From an uncultured delta proteobacterium (lineage in GTDB: Bacteria; Desulfobacterota; Desulfobacteria; Desulfobacterales; B30-G6), in NCBI GenBank assembly GCA_963823335.1, contig CAWGLD010000001.1, positions 224,001 to 288,000 on the forward strand: 64,000 nt of DNA, in the 5' to 3' direction. The notes beneath the pieces were generated by a model that worked only from the letters and a program-made list of their open reading frames with translations, made no database searches and had not been told where the DNA came from. Below are positions 21,618 through 30,665 of the stretch, one piece after another (position 1 is the stretch's first letter; each line of letters begins with the position of its first letter). The translations under genes and the position numbers were made by a program.

Positions 21618-21883
21618 CTGATGAACTTTTAAATGAACTTTCACAGTTTTTAAGAAAGAAGTATGGCTATGGGGATATATGGGAAACAAGCTGAAAATCC
21701 CGTTTTCAGGACTGCGGGATAAGCAGCAAATGAAATAGAAGAACCTTACCAGCGCAAAGGGCTGGGCCGGAGAGAAGATTCCCTGCAGCTGTTCGACTGT
21801 CTTTGACCCTGCCTTCAGACCGCAGGGAACCCGCAGAAGTCTTGCTGCAGGGTATGCTTCACTATTTCAGGAAAAACTGCGGA

Positions 21884-22348
21884 TTAATCGCCCTGTTCCG
21901 CCATGTAATCGTCATAAATGGTCTCGAGAATATTTTTATGTTTGGCCTCTTCCTGGGACAGGATTTTAAAAACTTGAACAAACTCGGGTTTGTCCGCCGT
22001 CTTTGCGGCCAGATCGTTATATAGCTGCAGGGCCACTTCTTCGCGCTTCATGGCCAGACGCAGGATCTCTGTGTAATGCATGCCCTTCTCATAGGTAACA
22101 TCCACCATGTAGTCACTGCGCTTAATATCCGGGATCCATTCAAATTTATATTGGGCAATTTTCTCTTTCTGATTGCCCAGATTTTCAAGCATACTGACGT
22201 GTTTCTTTTCCTCTTTTGCAAAACCTTCGAATGTCTTCTTCACGGCCTCAAAAGATTCATTGTCGGCGATCTCTTTGTAAAAAGACACGGCTTCTTTCTC
22301 TTTATTCAAGGCATATTCGATAATCTCGTCCACCGAATTGAAATTCAT
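21884..22348 (-). CDS. Rubrerythrin/ferritin-like di-iron protein
   Basis: E..A..FY, EEKKH, REE.A..Y, EEAKH pattern. Confidence 0.85.
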   Translation of the reverse strand: MNFNSVDEIIEYALNKEKEAVSFYKEIADNESFEAVKKTFEGFAKEEKKHVSMLENLGNQKEKIAQYKFEWIPDIKRSDYMVDVTYEKGMHYTEILRLAMKREEVALQLYNDLAAKTADKPEFVQVFKILSQEEAKHKNILETIYDDYMAEQGD

Positions 22349-22449
22349 TGAGTCCTCCTGTTGTGTTTTGGGTAGTCAATTGCACTTAAATCGAGCAATT
22401 ACTGCATTTTTAATAAGGTTATCGTTCTATTTTCATGAAATGTTCAAAA

Positions 22450-22611
22450 TAACCCGGGTATTTCACGAACCTGATCGGTTTTGGCGCAAGGCATTTTAGC
22501 CTGAAGTCGTAGTCAATTACTGCGAAGGCTGAATAACACAGTGCCAGGGCCGATCAGGAAAGCCCGAAGGGTGAAACTTGACTTGTCAAGTTTCATGAAA
22601 TGTTCGGGCTA
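22450..22611 (+). mobile_element. MITE-like long hairpin element (copy F)
   Basis: Terminal IRs TAACCCGGGTATTTCACGAA / TTCATGAAATGTTCGGGCTA; internal AAGGC...AACACA. Confidence 0.7.
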
Positions 22612-22782
22612 TTCGGCCAGAGCATAGTAACATCTTATGGGTGACACGATCTTGCCCTGCTTCTTGAGCTCCTGGAATACTTTTGATACCTCTTTGTTCT
22701 CCACGCCAAGTTCCTTGGCAATCTCTCCCGCTTTTACGGGTTTTCCTGCTTTCTTCATGGCAGTGACCACTTTCTTTTGCAT
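22609..22782 (-). CDS. Small winged-HTH protein (57 aa)
   Basis: Manual translation MQKKVVTAMKKAGKPVKAGEIAKELGVENKEVSKVFQELKKQGKIVSPIRCYYALAE with GGAGG RBS; below the ORF-track cutoff. Confidence 0.85.
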   Translation of the reverse strand: MQKKVVTAMKKAGKPVKAGEIAKELGVENKEVSKVFQELKKQGKIVSPIRCYYALAE

Positions 22783-22908
22783 TGTTTCCTCCCTTGATAA
22801 AATCGTTACCCGATTTTATGATACACGACACCGTCGCTCATCTGGTGAGCGGCTTCCCCTTTGTTCTTGCCGGTGAGACCGCCCTTGGCAAATGCGAACG
22901 TGCCTATA

Positions 22909-23265
22909 TTACGCCGCATTTAGTTCATGCTGCAACCATTTTTTAATATCCCCGGATATAGCATAAACTCCTTTTAGACGGCCGTTTTCCGATATATACT
23001 CCGTTTCCAGATCTTGCGGCATCCGGATTTCTGCCAATTCTTCAGCGTTTTCTGAATTTCGGCGAACTAGAAATATGACAGGTTTTTTTTTCCATGTATT
23101 CACGACAAAATAGTGGCTCACATCATCCTTGGAGCGAACGACATAATTGCCCCTTGCCCAGTTGTTACCCCACTCAAGATACAACCGCACAGCCTCTTCG
23201 GGGGTCATATCCCAATCAATAACGTTGATCAGTTCCCTGTTTTTCTTAATTTCTTCTAAGGTCAT
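22909..23265 (-). CDS. DVU0772-family protein
   Basis: IDWDMTPEEAVRLYLEWGNNW motif; start moved to ATG 23265 behind a GGAGA RBS. Confidence 0.75.
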   Translation of the reverse strand: MTLEEIKKNRELINVIDWDMTPEEAVRLYLEWGNNWARGNYVVRSKDDVSHYFVVNTWKKKPVIFLVRRNSENAEELAEIRMPQDLETEYISENGRLKGVYAISGDIKKWLQHELNAA

Positions 23266-23378
23266 GGTATTGTCTCCATAAAATCGCATGGCGATTTTAT
23301 CAATGGCGGCTATGCCGCCTGATTTATTAAATAACAGATCCTTGCATGGTCGTTGATCCTATCAATAGTATCGTCAAA

Positions 23379-23394
23379 TGCTAAAAACATGCCA
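23379..23394 (-). promoter_or_regulatory. Sigma-54 -24/-12 promoter for the DVU0772/HTH/rubrerythrin genes
   Basis: Minus strand TGGCATGTTTTTAGCA (GG-N10-GC). Confidence 0.6.
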
Positions 23395-23657
23395 ATTGCC
23401 ATTTCCACGACATCCTAAGAAGGCAATTTTCGCGGACCGGGGCAGGATGCTGCAGAAAGGTATCAGCACCCGCCTGAACCGCAACAGCGAGCGCATTTCC
23501 CGCGGGTTCTGCCTGCGGCAGAACATTCCTCGCAGCTTGCTGCGAGGTTCTTCAATACTGTTTCAAAGATACCATAGCTCTTGTCTCTTGAGACAGGTAT
23601 GTGTCATAAAGTAAGGATTGAAACAGAGACATCAAGGGCAAACGGTTCGAATACCTG

Positions 23658-24506
23658 TCATGGCAAATGTTCTATGATAAATTCGATGATCTCTTTTGGT
23701 TTTTCCATGGGGATGAGGTGTCCGGCGCCGGGAATAAGCCGGTAAGTGCCCTGCTGGAACCTTAAGGTGGCTTTTTTAAGATCGACAAAGGGACGATTGG
23801 TGCTCTCCTCTCCCTCGAGCACGAATACCGGGCAGGCAATTTTCGGCAGCATGGGCCAAGGGTCATAACCCATACCGCCCATGAACAGAGAGGCTTCTTT
23901 CTCAGGAGAGCAGGCCAGTTCCAGTCCCCCGCTCCCAAGAGAAACCGTGCCATGCTCGATATACAGATCCAAAAATTCTTCTTCCCAGTTTTTAAACAGT
24001 GGTTTCCGCCTGAAATCGGCCTTCACCTCACCCAGATCTCTCCATATGTTACGCCGTTTGATGGATCGACTGGCCAGGGGGTGGTCCTCAACACGAAGTT
24101 GTATTTGGTAAAAGTCCTGTGGCAAGAATATCGGCTCGATCAGGATCATACCGGAAGCTCGTGGGCCATGAGTCGCCTCGGCAATGGTCATGACCGTCGC
24201 GCCCATGGAATGACCCACCAGGAGCGGATTTTCGATGTTCAAGCGTTCACACAAGCGGCATAGATCTTCGGCCAGAAGCATCCAGCTGAGCCCTCCTTTC
24301 TGGGGATCGGTTTGGCGATGATCACAAAAATAGGGCGCAATCACCTTGCGATGCCTGGAAAGCTCGCGGGCAATGGGGTGCCACAACATGGGCAGAAACC
24401 CAGTGGCATGCAAGAGCAGGATCGGTGGATCCTGGCCATCATATTGCAGATACTGCAGGTCGACATCACCGATCTTCTGGGACAGGACAACCGGTTGTAC
24501 GGGCAT
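23658..24506 (-). CDS. Alpha/beta hydrolase
   Basis: LLHATG, GHSMGA nucleophile elbow, GHLIPME. Confidence 0.88.
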   Translation of the reverse strand: MPVQPVVLSQKIGDVDLQYLQYDGQDPPILLLHATGFLPMLWHPIARELSRHRKVIAPYFCDHRQTDPQKGGLSWMLLAEDLCRLCERLNIENPLLVGHSMGATVMTIAEATHGPRASGMILIEPIFLPQDFYQIQLRVEDHPLASRSIKRRNIWRDLGEVKADFRRKPLFKNWEEEFLDLYIEHGTVSLGSGGLELACSPEKEASLFMGGMGYDPWPMLPKIACPVFVLEGEESTNRPFVDLKKATLRFQQGTYRLIPGAGHLIPMEKPKEIIEFIIEHLP

Positions 24507-24756
24507 GCTCGCTACCTTTTCATCATAGTTTCTTTCGATCCACTGATTTTAGCACCTGTATTCAATATGTCAACTACGCTGCCATGGCTGTGAACATGCC
24601 ATTGACCGCTATTGATATCTGTCCTACTTTACAGTATAGATAGTGACATGGTATCGGTTTGACGTTTAAATGAAAAGAGCATTGGCCTGGAAGAAAGAAG
24701 TGATCGTCCAAGGTCTGTTTCTAATGAGCCCAGTAGACCCTTCAGAGAAATACCAA

Positions 24757-25755
24757 ATGAACCAACGAACCTTCCGAGCAATGATTGTCGAAGAAACCCA
24801 CGACCACCAGTATGTTCGCCATATCAAAGAAAGATTGATTTCCGATCTGGTGGATGAGGATGTTCTTGTGCATGTCTCTTATTCCTCCTTGAACTACAAG
24901 GACGCCCTCTCTGCCGTGGGCAACCGGGGTGTTACCCGAACGTACCCCCACACCCCCGGTATCGATGCCGCAGGCATTGTCGAAGAAAGCCGCAACAAGA
25001 CCTTTCAAAACGGCGATGCCGTTATCGTAACGAGCTACGATCTTGGCATGAATACGCCGGGAGGCTTCGGCCAGTATATCCGCATACCCGCGGACTGGGT
25101 GGTCCCCCTGCCCAAAGGCCTTACGCTTAAAGAAAGCATGATCTACGGAACAGCCGGGTTTACCGCGGGTTTGTCTGTGTTTTCTCTGACCCACACCGTA
25201 AAGCCCGAGCAGGGAGAGATTCTGGTGACCGGGGCCACCGGTGGTGTCGGCAGCATAAGCACGGCAATCCTGAGTAAACTGGGCTACCATGTCGTGGCGG
25301 TCAGCGGCAAACCCGATGCGACAGATTTTCTCTTGAACCTGGGTGCCAAACGGGTTGTAACACGGAAAGACGTCAGCGACGAGAGCCAGCAGCCCCTCCT
25401 GAAGGGCGCCTGGGCCGGTGTGATAGACACCGTGGGCGGAAACATACTGGCCACCGCCATCAAGTCCACCCTTCCCTGGGGAACGGTGACTACATGTGGC
25501 ATGGTGGCATCGCCGGATCTTCCCCTGACAGTATTCCCATTTATCCTGCGCGGAATCAAGCTGATCGGGATCAATTCCCAGAGCTGTCCCATGAAACACC
25601 GTCAATATATCTGGAAACAGCTCGCCACTAACTGGAAAATCGACCAGCTCGAAACCCTCTGCCGGGAGGTCTCCCTGGAAGGGCTGAGTCCATTGATCGA
25701 CACGATCCTCAAGGGCGGGATCAAAGGCCGGACAATCGTCAACCTGGAAACTTGA
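24757..25755 (+). CDS. acuI: YhdH/AcuI-family MDR oxidoreductase (acryloyl-CoA reductase-like)
   Basis: YSSLNYKD, PGIDAAG, GTAGFTA, TGATGGVGS, PFILRG; probable start ATG 24757. Confidence 0.85.
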   Translation: MNQRTFRAMIVEETHDHQYVRHIKERLISDLVDEDVLVHVSYSSLNYKDALSAVGNRGVTRTYPHTPGIDAAGIVEESRNKTFQNGDAVIVTSYDLGMNTPGGFGQYIRIPADWVVPLPKGLTLKESMIYGTAGFTAGLSVFSLTHTVKPEQGEILVTGATGGVGSISTAILSKLGYHVVAVSGKPDATDFLLNLGAKRVVTRKDVSDESQQPLLKGAWAGVIDTVGGNILATAIKSTLPWGTVTTCGMVASPDLPLTVFPFILRGIKLIGINSQSCPMKHRQYIWKQLATNWKIDQLETLCREVSLEGLSPLIDTILKGGIKGRTIVNLET

Positions 25756-25826
25756 TCATTTGGATTTTTGTCATTTCGTATTGTCTAGGATTTCCAACTT
25801 CGCACTTCGGATTTATAGGAATATAT

Positions 25827-26666
25827 ATGAAGCCTCTCGATTTTTCCGATAACCACTTCAAAATTTTTATCGAGGTGGTGCCACCTGCGGGACCCGATGC
25901 CGGCCCGCTCATGCATCAGTTGAAATCCATTGCAACGCTTCCGTTCCAGGCCTTCAGCGTGGCCACGAACCCGGTTGCCAAACCGCGCATGAGTGCCATG
26001 GCGACCTGTGCACTCACCCAGAAGCAAACAAACAAACCCGCTATCCTTCACTGTACTACCCGGGATCACAACCGCATCAGTCTCCAGGGAATGCTCTGGG
26101 GGGCACAGGCATTGGGGATCGAGACCGTGCTGATTGCCACTGGTGACATGGTCGCCTTACAAGACCGCAAGACCACCACCCGGGTTCGTGACATGGATGT
26201 TTTTGGTCTGGTAGGCATGGCCAGGCAATCCGGTCTTCAGACCGGTGTGGTGATCGATCCCCATCCGGAATCCAATGGATTTAAGACGGCCATCCGCCGC
26301 CTGGCACAAAAAATCGATGCCGGTGCCCAGTTTGCGGTTACCCAACCCATCTACGATGCCGAGACCGCCGATACCATGGCCCGGGCCACCCACGCCATGG
26401 GCATCCCCGTCATTATGGGAATTCTGCCCCTGCGAACGGCGCGCCATGCCGACTTTCTACACCAGAAAGTCGCCGGCATCGCCGTGCCCAGGTCGTTGCG
26501 GGAGCAGATGCACCAGACTGACAACGCCATCAAGACCGGCAATCAGAATGCCCGTGAAATGCTGAAAACCGCCTTAGAACGTTTTGCCGGTGCCTGCGTC
26601 ATGCCGCCCTTTGACCACTATGAGGTACTGGAAGACATTTTGAATTTTGATTTTGACACGGCCTGA
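25827..26666 (+). CDS. metF: Methylenetetrahydrofolate reductase-family protein
   Basis: EVVPP, HCTTRDHN, TGD, KIDAGAQFAVTQ; probable start ATG 25827. Confidence 0.75.
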   Translation: MKPLDFSDNHFKIFIEVVPPAGPDAGPLMHQLKSIATLPFQAFSVATNPVAKPRMSAMATCALTQKQTNKPAILHCTTRDHNRISLQGMLWGAQALGIETVLIATGDMVALQDRKTTTRVRDMDVFGLVGMARQSGLQTGVVIDPHPESNGFKTAIRRLAQKIDAGAQFAVTQPIYDAETADTMARATHAMGIPVIMGILPLRTARHADFLHQKVAGIAVPRSLREQMHQTDNAIKTGNQNAREMLKTALERFAGACVMPPFDHYEVLEDILNFDFDTA

Positions 26667-26721
26667 TGCCTGAATTAGCATAACGGGATTAGAACCAAAC
26701 AAATCAGAGAGGATTACGACC

Positions 26722-27390
26722 ATGATAACCACCAGAAAGCCTATACACGATCTCTTCTCTTTTATAATCATAACAATTTTTTTTCTAATGGTAACCGGTT
26801 GTTCCAAAGCCTATTACGGCGCCATGGAAAAAGTGGGCGTCCATAAAAGGGATATTCTCGTGGATCGGGTGGAGAATGCCAGGGATGCCCAGGCGGATGC
26901 GCAAGAGCAATTTAAAGATGCCCTGGAGCAGTTTGGGTCGGTTGTCAAAATTGAAACCACCGATCTCAAGGAGGCCTACGAAAAACTCAATTCCGAATAT
27001 GAAAAAAGCGACGAGGCCGCCAAAGAAGTATCCAGCAGAATCGAAAAGGTGGAATCCGTGGCCGATGACCTGTTTGCAGAATGGGAAAAAGAACTGAATC
27101 AATATACAAACCAGGCCTTGCGCACCAACAGTGCCCGGAAGCTCGAAGACACCAGGGGACGTTACAATAAAATGCTGGCCAGTATGCACAAGGCTGAAAA
27201 AAGTATGGACCCGATCCTGGGAACCTTCCATGACAATGTGTTGTATCTAAAACACAATCTCAATGCCCAGGCCATTGGCTCTCTGCGCTCCGAATTTGCC
27301 GGTCTCAAGGTGAAAATCGAGGATCTCATCAAGAGCATGAACGACGCCATCACCAACTCGAACCAGTTTATCGAAAATCTCAACCAATAA
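26722..27390 (+). CDS. DUF2959-family lipoprotein
   Basis: Lipobox VTG-C, YYGAMEKVGVHKRDILVDRV, LKHNLNAQAI. Confidence 0.85.
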   Translation: MITTRKPIHDLFSFIIITIFFLMVTGCSKAYYGAMEKVGVHKRDILVDRVENARDAQADAQEQFKDALEQFGSVVKIETTDLKEAYEKLNSEYEKSDEAAKEVSSRIEKVESVADDLFAEWEKELNQYTNQALRTNSARKLEDTRGRYNKMLASMHKAEKSMDPILGTFHDNVLYLKHNLNAQAIGSLRSEFAGLKVKIEDLIKSMNDAITNSNQFIENLNQ

Positions 27391-27493
27391 TATTGCTGAA
27401 TTGAAACAAAATGAAAGAAAGGATGAAGATTACACGATCCTATATCGTGAACTTCCTTCTAAAATTACCATAATGGCTCCTCACGGAAAATAG

Positions 27494-27573
27494 GGGACGT
27501 TCTTTGGTTTATTGGTTTTCTAAGCATCTCCGTGAAATCAGTTCGTGTTTTCCAATAAACCAAAGAACGTCCC
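27494..27573. repeat. Perfect 22-bp inverted repeat between convergent genes
   Basis: GGGACGTTCTTTGGTTTATTGG-N36-CCAATAAACCAAAGAACGTCCC. Confidence 0.85.
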
Positions 27574-27623
27574 TTTTCCTCCATAAATTGAAAAATCTCG
27601 CAGCCCTCAGAGCAGAAACAGCG

Positions 27624-29036
27624 TCAGGAAGCATAGATGGAGCATTTTCTGACGGCCATGGCTGCTTCCTGAAGTGCTTCCGAAAAGGTCGGATGACCGT
27701 GGACGGTCCGGGCAATGTCTTCCGAGCTAGCCCCAAACTCCATTGCCAGCACGCATTCGGCAATCATGTCGGCTGCCCGGGGACCGATGATGTGAACCCC
27801 CAGGATACGGTCGGTCTTGCCATGGGCGATCAGTTTGACAAAGCCCTCCTTCTCGCCCATACAGCGTGCCCGGCCCGCACCTGAAAAAGGATAGGTGCCC
27901 ACACAATAGGGAATCTCCCGCTCCTTGAGCGCCTCTTCCGTCAAACCGACACTGGCAACCTCGGGCCAGGTGTAAACCACCGACGGGATGGTATCATAGT
28001 TCACTTCACCGGCATGTCCGGCAATACTCTCCACGGTCGCGATTCCCTCTGCCGATGCTTTGTGGGCCAGCATGGGACCGGGAGTGAGATCACCGATGGC
28101 GTAGACACCCTGCACACTGGTCTGGTAGGCAGGATCCACAAGAATATGACCTGTCTGGGGATCGGTTTGAATACCAACATCTTCAATACCAAGCCCGTCC
28201 GTTAAAGGTTTTCTACCCACCGCCACCAGGAGTTTATCAAATGTCATGGCAGTGGTTTCCCCGCCCTTTTCCAGTGTCACCTTGACCTTCTTGGCGGTTT
28301 TCTGGGCCTTGACCACCCGCGTGTTGAGATGAAACAGCATACCCTGTTTCTTTAAAATACGATCCAGGGCCCTTCCCACCTGTCCGTCCAGAGTGGTGGC
28401 AATCTTGGGCAGCATTTCGATAACGGTCACTTTCGAACCCAGCCGCATCCAGACCGATCCCAGCTCCAGACCGATATAACCGCCCCCCACGATTCCCAGG
28501 CTTTTGGGGACCGCATCAAAATTCAGGGCTTCCGTGGAACTGACAATTGCCCGGCCGTCGAATGGCATGCCGGGCACTTCCACGGGCTGACTTCCCGTGG
28601 CCAGCAGAATCGAGGCGCCCTTGAGAATCCGCTTTTTCTGCTTTCCAATGGTCACTTCCACCTGCTTGTCACCTGCAAGACGTGCCGTGCCCTGAATAAT
28701 GTCGATCCGGTTGCCTTCCAACAGCTTGCGAACGCTGTCCGTAAGATCTTTGACCACGGTGTCTTTACGCTTCATCAAGGTCGCCAGATCCAGGGTCAAG
28801 CGACCGGTCTTGATGCCATGTTCGGCAAAGTGCTCCCGGGCCAGGTGATAGTACTCGCTGGAGTCGAGCAGGGCCTTGCTGGGTATACACCCGACGTTCA
28901 GGCACACCCCGCCAAGACGGGCTGACTTCTCGACACAGGCTGTTTTCAGACCCAGTTGAGCGGCTCTTACCGCGGCGACATACCCACCGGGTCCGGAGCC
29001 TATAATAACCAGATCATAATTGTCTGCCGTTGTCAT
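27624..29036 (-). CDS. lpdA: Dihydrolipoamide dehydrogenase (E3)
   Basis: GSGPGGY, GGVCLNVGCIPSK, HPTFSE. Confidence 0.95.
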   Translation of the reverse strand: MTTADNYDLVIIGSGPGGYVAAVRAAQLGLKTACVEKSARLGGVCLNVGCIPSKALLDSSEYYHLAREHFAEHGIKTGRLTLDLATLMKRKDTVVKDLTDSVRKLLEGNRIDIIQGTARLAGDKQVEVTIGKQKKRILKGASILLATGSQPVEVPGMPFDGRAIVSSTEALNFDAVPKSLGIVGGGYIGLELGSVWMRLGSKVTVIEMLPKIATTLDGQVGRALDRILKKQGMLFHLNTRVVKAQKTAKKVKVTLEKGGETTAMTFDKLLVAVGRKPLTDGLGIEDVGIQTDPQTGHILVDPAYQTSVQGVYAIGDLTPGPMLAHKASAEGIATVESIAGHAGEVNYDTIPSVVYTWPEVASVGLTEEALKEREIPYCVGTYPFSGAGRARCMGEKEGFVKLIAHGKTDRILGVHIIGPRAADMIAECVLAMEFGASSEDIARTVHGHPTFSEALQEAAMAVRKCSIYAS

Positions 29037-29037
29037 G

Positions 29038-30345
29038 TTAGACCTCCAATACGATCCGTTCAGGGTTTTCGACGAAGTCCTTGACGCGTTTTAAAAACGT
29101 TACAGCACCTTTGCCGTCGACGATCCGATGGTCGTAGCTCAAAGCCACATACATCATGGGACGCACGACAATTTCGTCGTCCACCACCACCGGACGTTTT
29201 TCAATCTTGTGCATACCGAGAATGCCGCTCTGGGGCGTGTTCAAAATCGGTGTACTCAACAAAGACCCGTACACACCGCCATTGCTCACCGTAAATGTGC
29301 CCCCCTCGAGATCGGCCAGTTCGAGTCGATTGTCCTTGATTTTTACCACATAATCGATGATGGCCTTTTCGATTCCGGCAAAGCTCAATCTTTCGGCGTG
29401 GCGGATGACCGGAACCACCAGGCCCCGGTCGCTTCCGATGGCGACACCGATATGCTGGTAGGAATGATAAACAAAATCGGAGCCATCCACAAAGGCATTG
29501 ATTTCAGGGATCTCCTTCAATGCTTCTACGCAGGCCTTGATAAAAAATGACATGAATCCCAGGGATATGTCATGCTTTTTCTGAAATGCCTCCTTGTAGC
29601 GTGTCCGCATCGCCATGGCCTGCTGCATGTCGATTTCATTGAAGGTGGTGAGCATGGCCGTATTTTGCTTCGACGCCAGGAGGCGTTCGGCAATCCGCTT
29701 GCGGATGGGGGACATTTTGACCCGTTTGACTTCCTCCGACATCTGAGCAACAGCTGGTTCTTCACAAACCGGGGCCGTCACTTTTTCAGGAATACCGGCG
29801 GGAGCTTCCTCCAGATAAAGAAGCACGTCCCCTTTGCTGACCCTGCCGCCGGGGCCGGTGCCGGAAATCCTGGATACATCGAGATTTTTTTCGGCAACGA
29901 GTCTGCGGACCGAGGGAGAAAGCGGCATATCATCCATGGTTGATTTCTGGGGGGGCACACTTTTTGCGGTCACCACCGGGGCCGCTATTACCGGTGTCGC
30001 TTCAGCAAGGCCCTCTTTCGTCTCAGGGGGCACGGGTCGCTCCGGTGAAGACTCCGGGGCTGGTTCCGGGGCTGGTTCCGGCTGCGGAGTTGGTGCTTTG
30101 GTCGTCTTACCCGCTGTTTCAATCTGGCCCACAACCGCACCAATGGCCACCGTCTCCCCTTCTTTGATCAGAATCTTTAAAACACCACCGGCTTCCGCCA
30201 CAACTTCCAGGGTTACCTTGTCTGTCTCTATGACCAGCAGTGCGTCATCCTTCTGAACAATGTCGCCATCCTTTTTGAACCATTCCGCCAGGACCGCTTC
30301 CTGAACAGATTCTCCGACACTGGGTATTTTTATTTCTATGGCCAT
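29038..30345 (-). CDS. sucB: Dihydrolipoamide succinyltransferase (E2)
   Basis: Lipoyl ETDKV, E3-binding GTGPGGR, DHRIVDG. Confidence 0.95.
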   Translation of the reverse strand: MAIEIKIPSVGESVQEAVLAEWFKKDGDIVQKDDALLVIETDKVTLEVVAEAGGVLKILIKEGETVAIGAVVGQIETAGKTTKAPTPQPEPAPEPAPESSPERPVPPETKEGLAEATPVIAAPVVTAKSVPPQKSTMDDMPLSPSVRRLVAEKNLDVSRISGTGPGGRVSKGDVLLYLEEAPAGIPEKVTAPVCEEPAVAQMSEEVKRVKMSPIRKRIAERLLASKQNTAMLTTFNEIDMQQAMAMRTRYKEAFQKKHDISLGFMSFFIKACVEALKEIPEINAFVDGSDFVYHSYQHIGVAIGSDRGLVVPVIRHAERLSFAGIEKAIIDYVVKIKDNRLELADLEGGTFTVSNGGVYGSLLSTPILNTPQSGILGMHKIEKRPVVVDDEIVVRPMMYVALSYDHRIVDGKGAVTFLKRVKDFVENPERIVLEV

Positions 30346-30665
30346 GATCGCTCCCTCACTGATTTTCTTTCCTTATTTTTTAAAAGGATCAACTCTCTTC
30401 ACTATTCGCACAATTAAATCTTCGCTTGTCATTAGCACTTCGTGCGTCATTTGTCCTTCGGACGACATTAGCGCTGCGCGCGTTATTTATTGTCGCTGAA
30501 AGCTGGTAGCTACACGAAGTAAATATCTATTAATTACGCGAAGCAAATTACATTTATTCCCTCGGAACCTTGTATGCAGGGAAGCTTGGATGCTCTGAAG
30601 CCGGAATACTGCTGTTCGCTACCCTTGTATCACCCTCCGACTCTCGAACCCTCGGACCCTTACTA

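Noticed and set aside
22609-22782. DsrD
   Set aside because: Small winged helix, but it lacks DsrD sequence motifs and dsrAB context.
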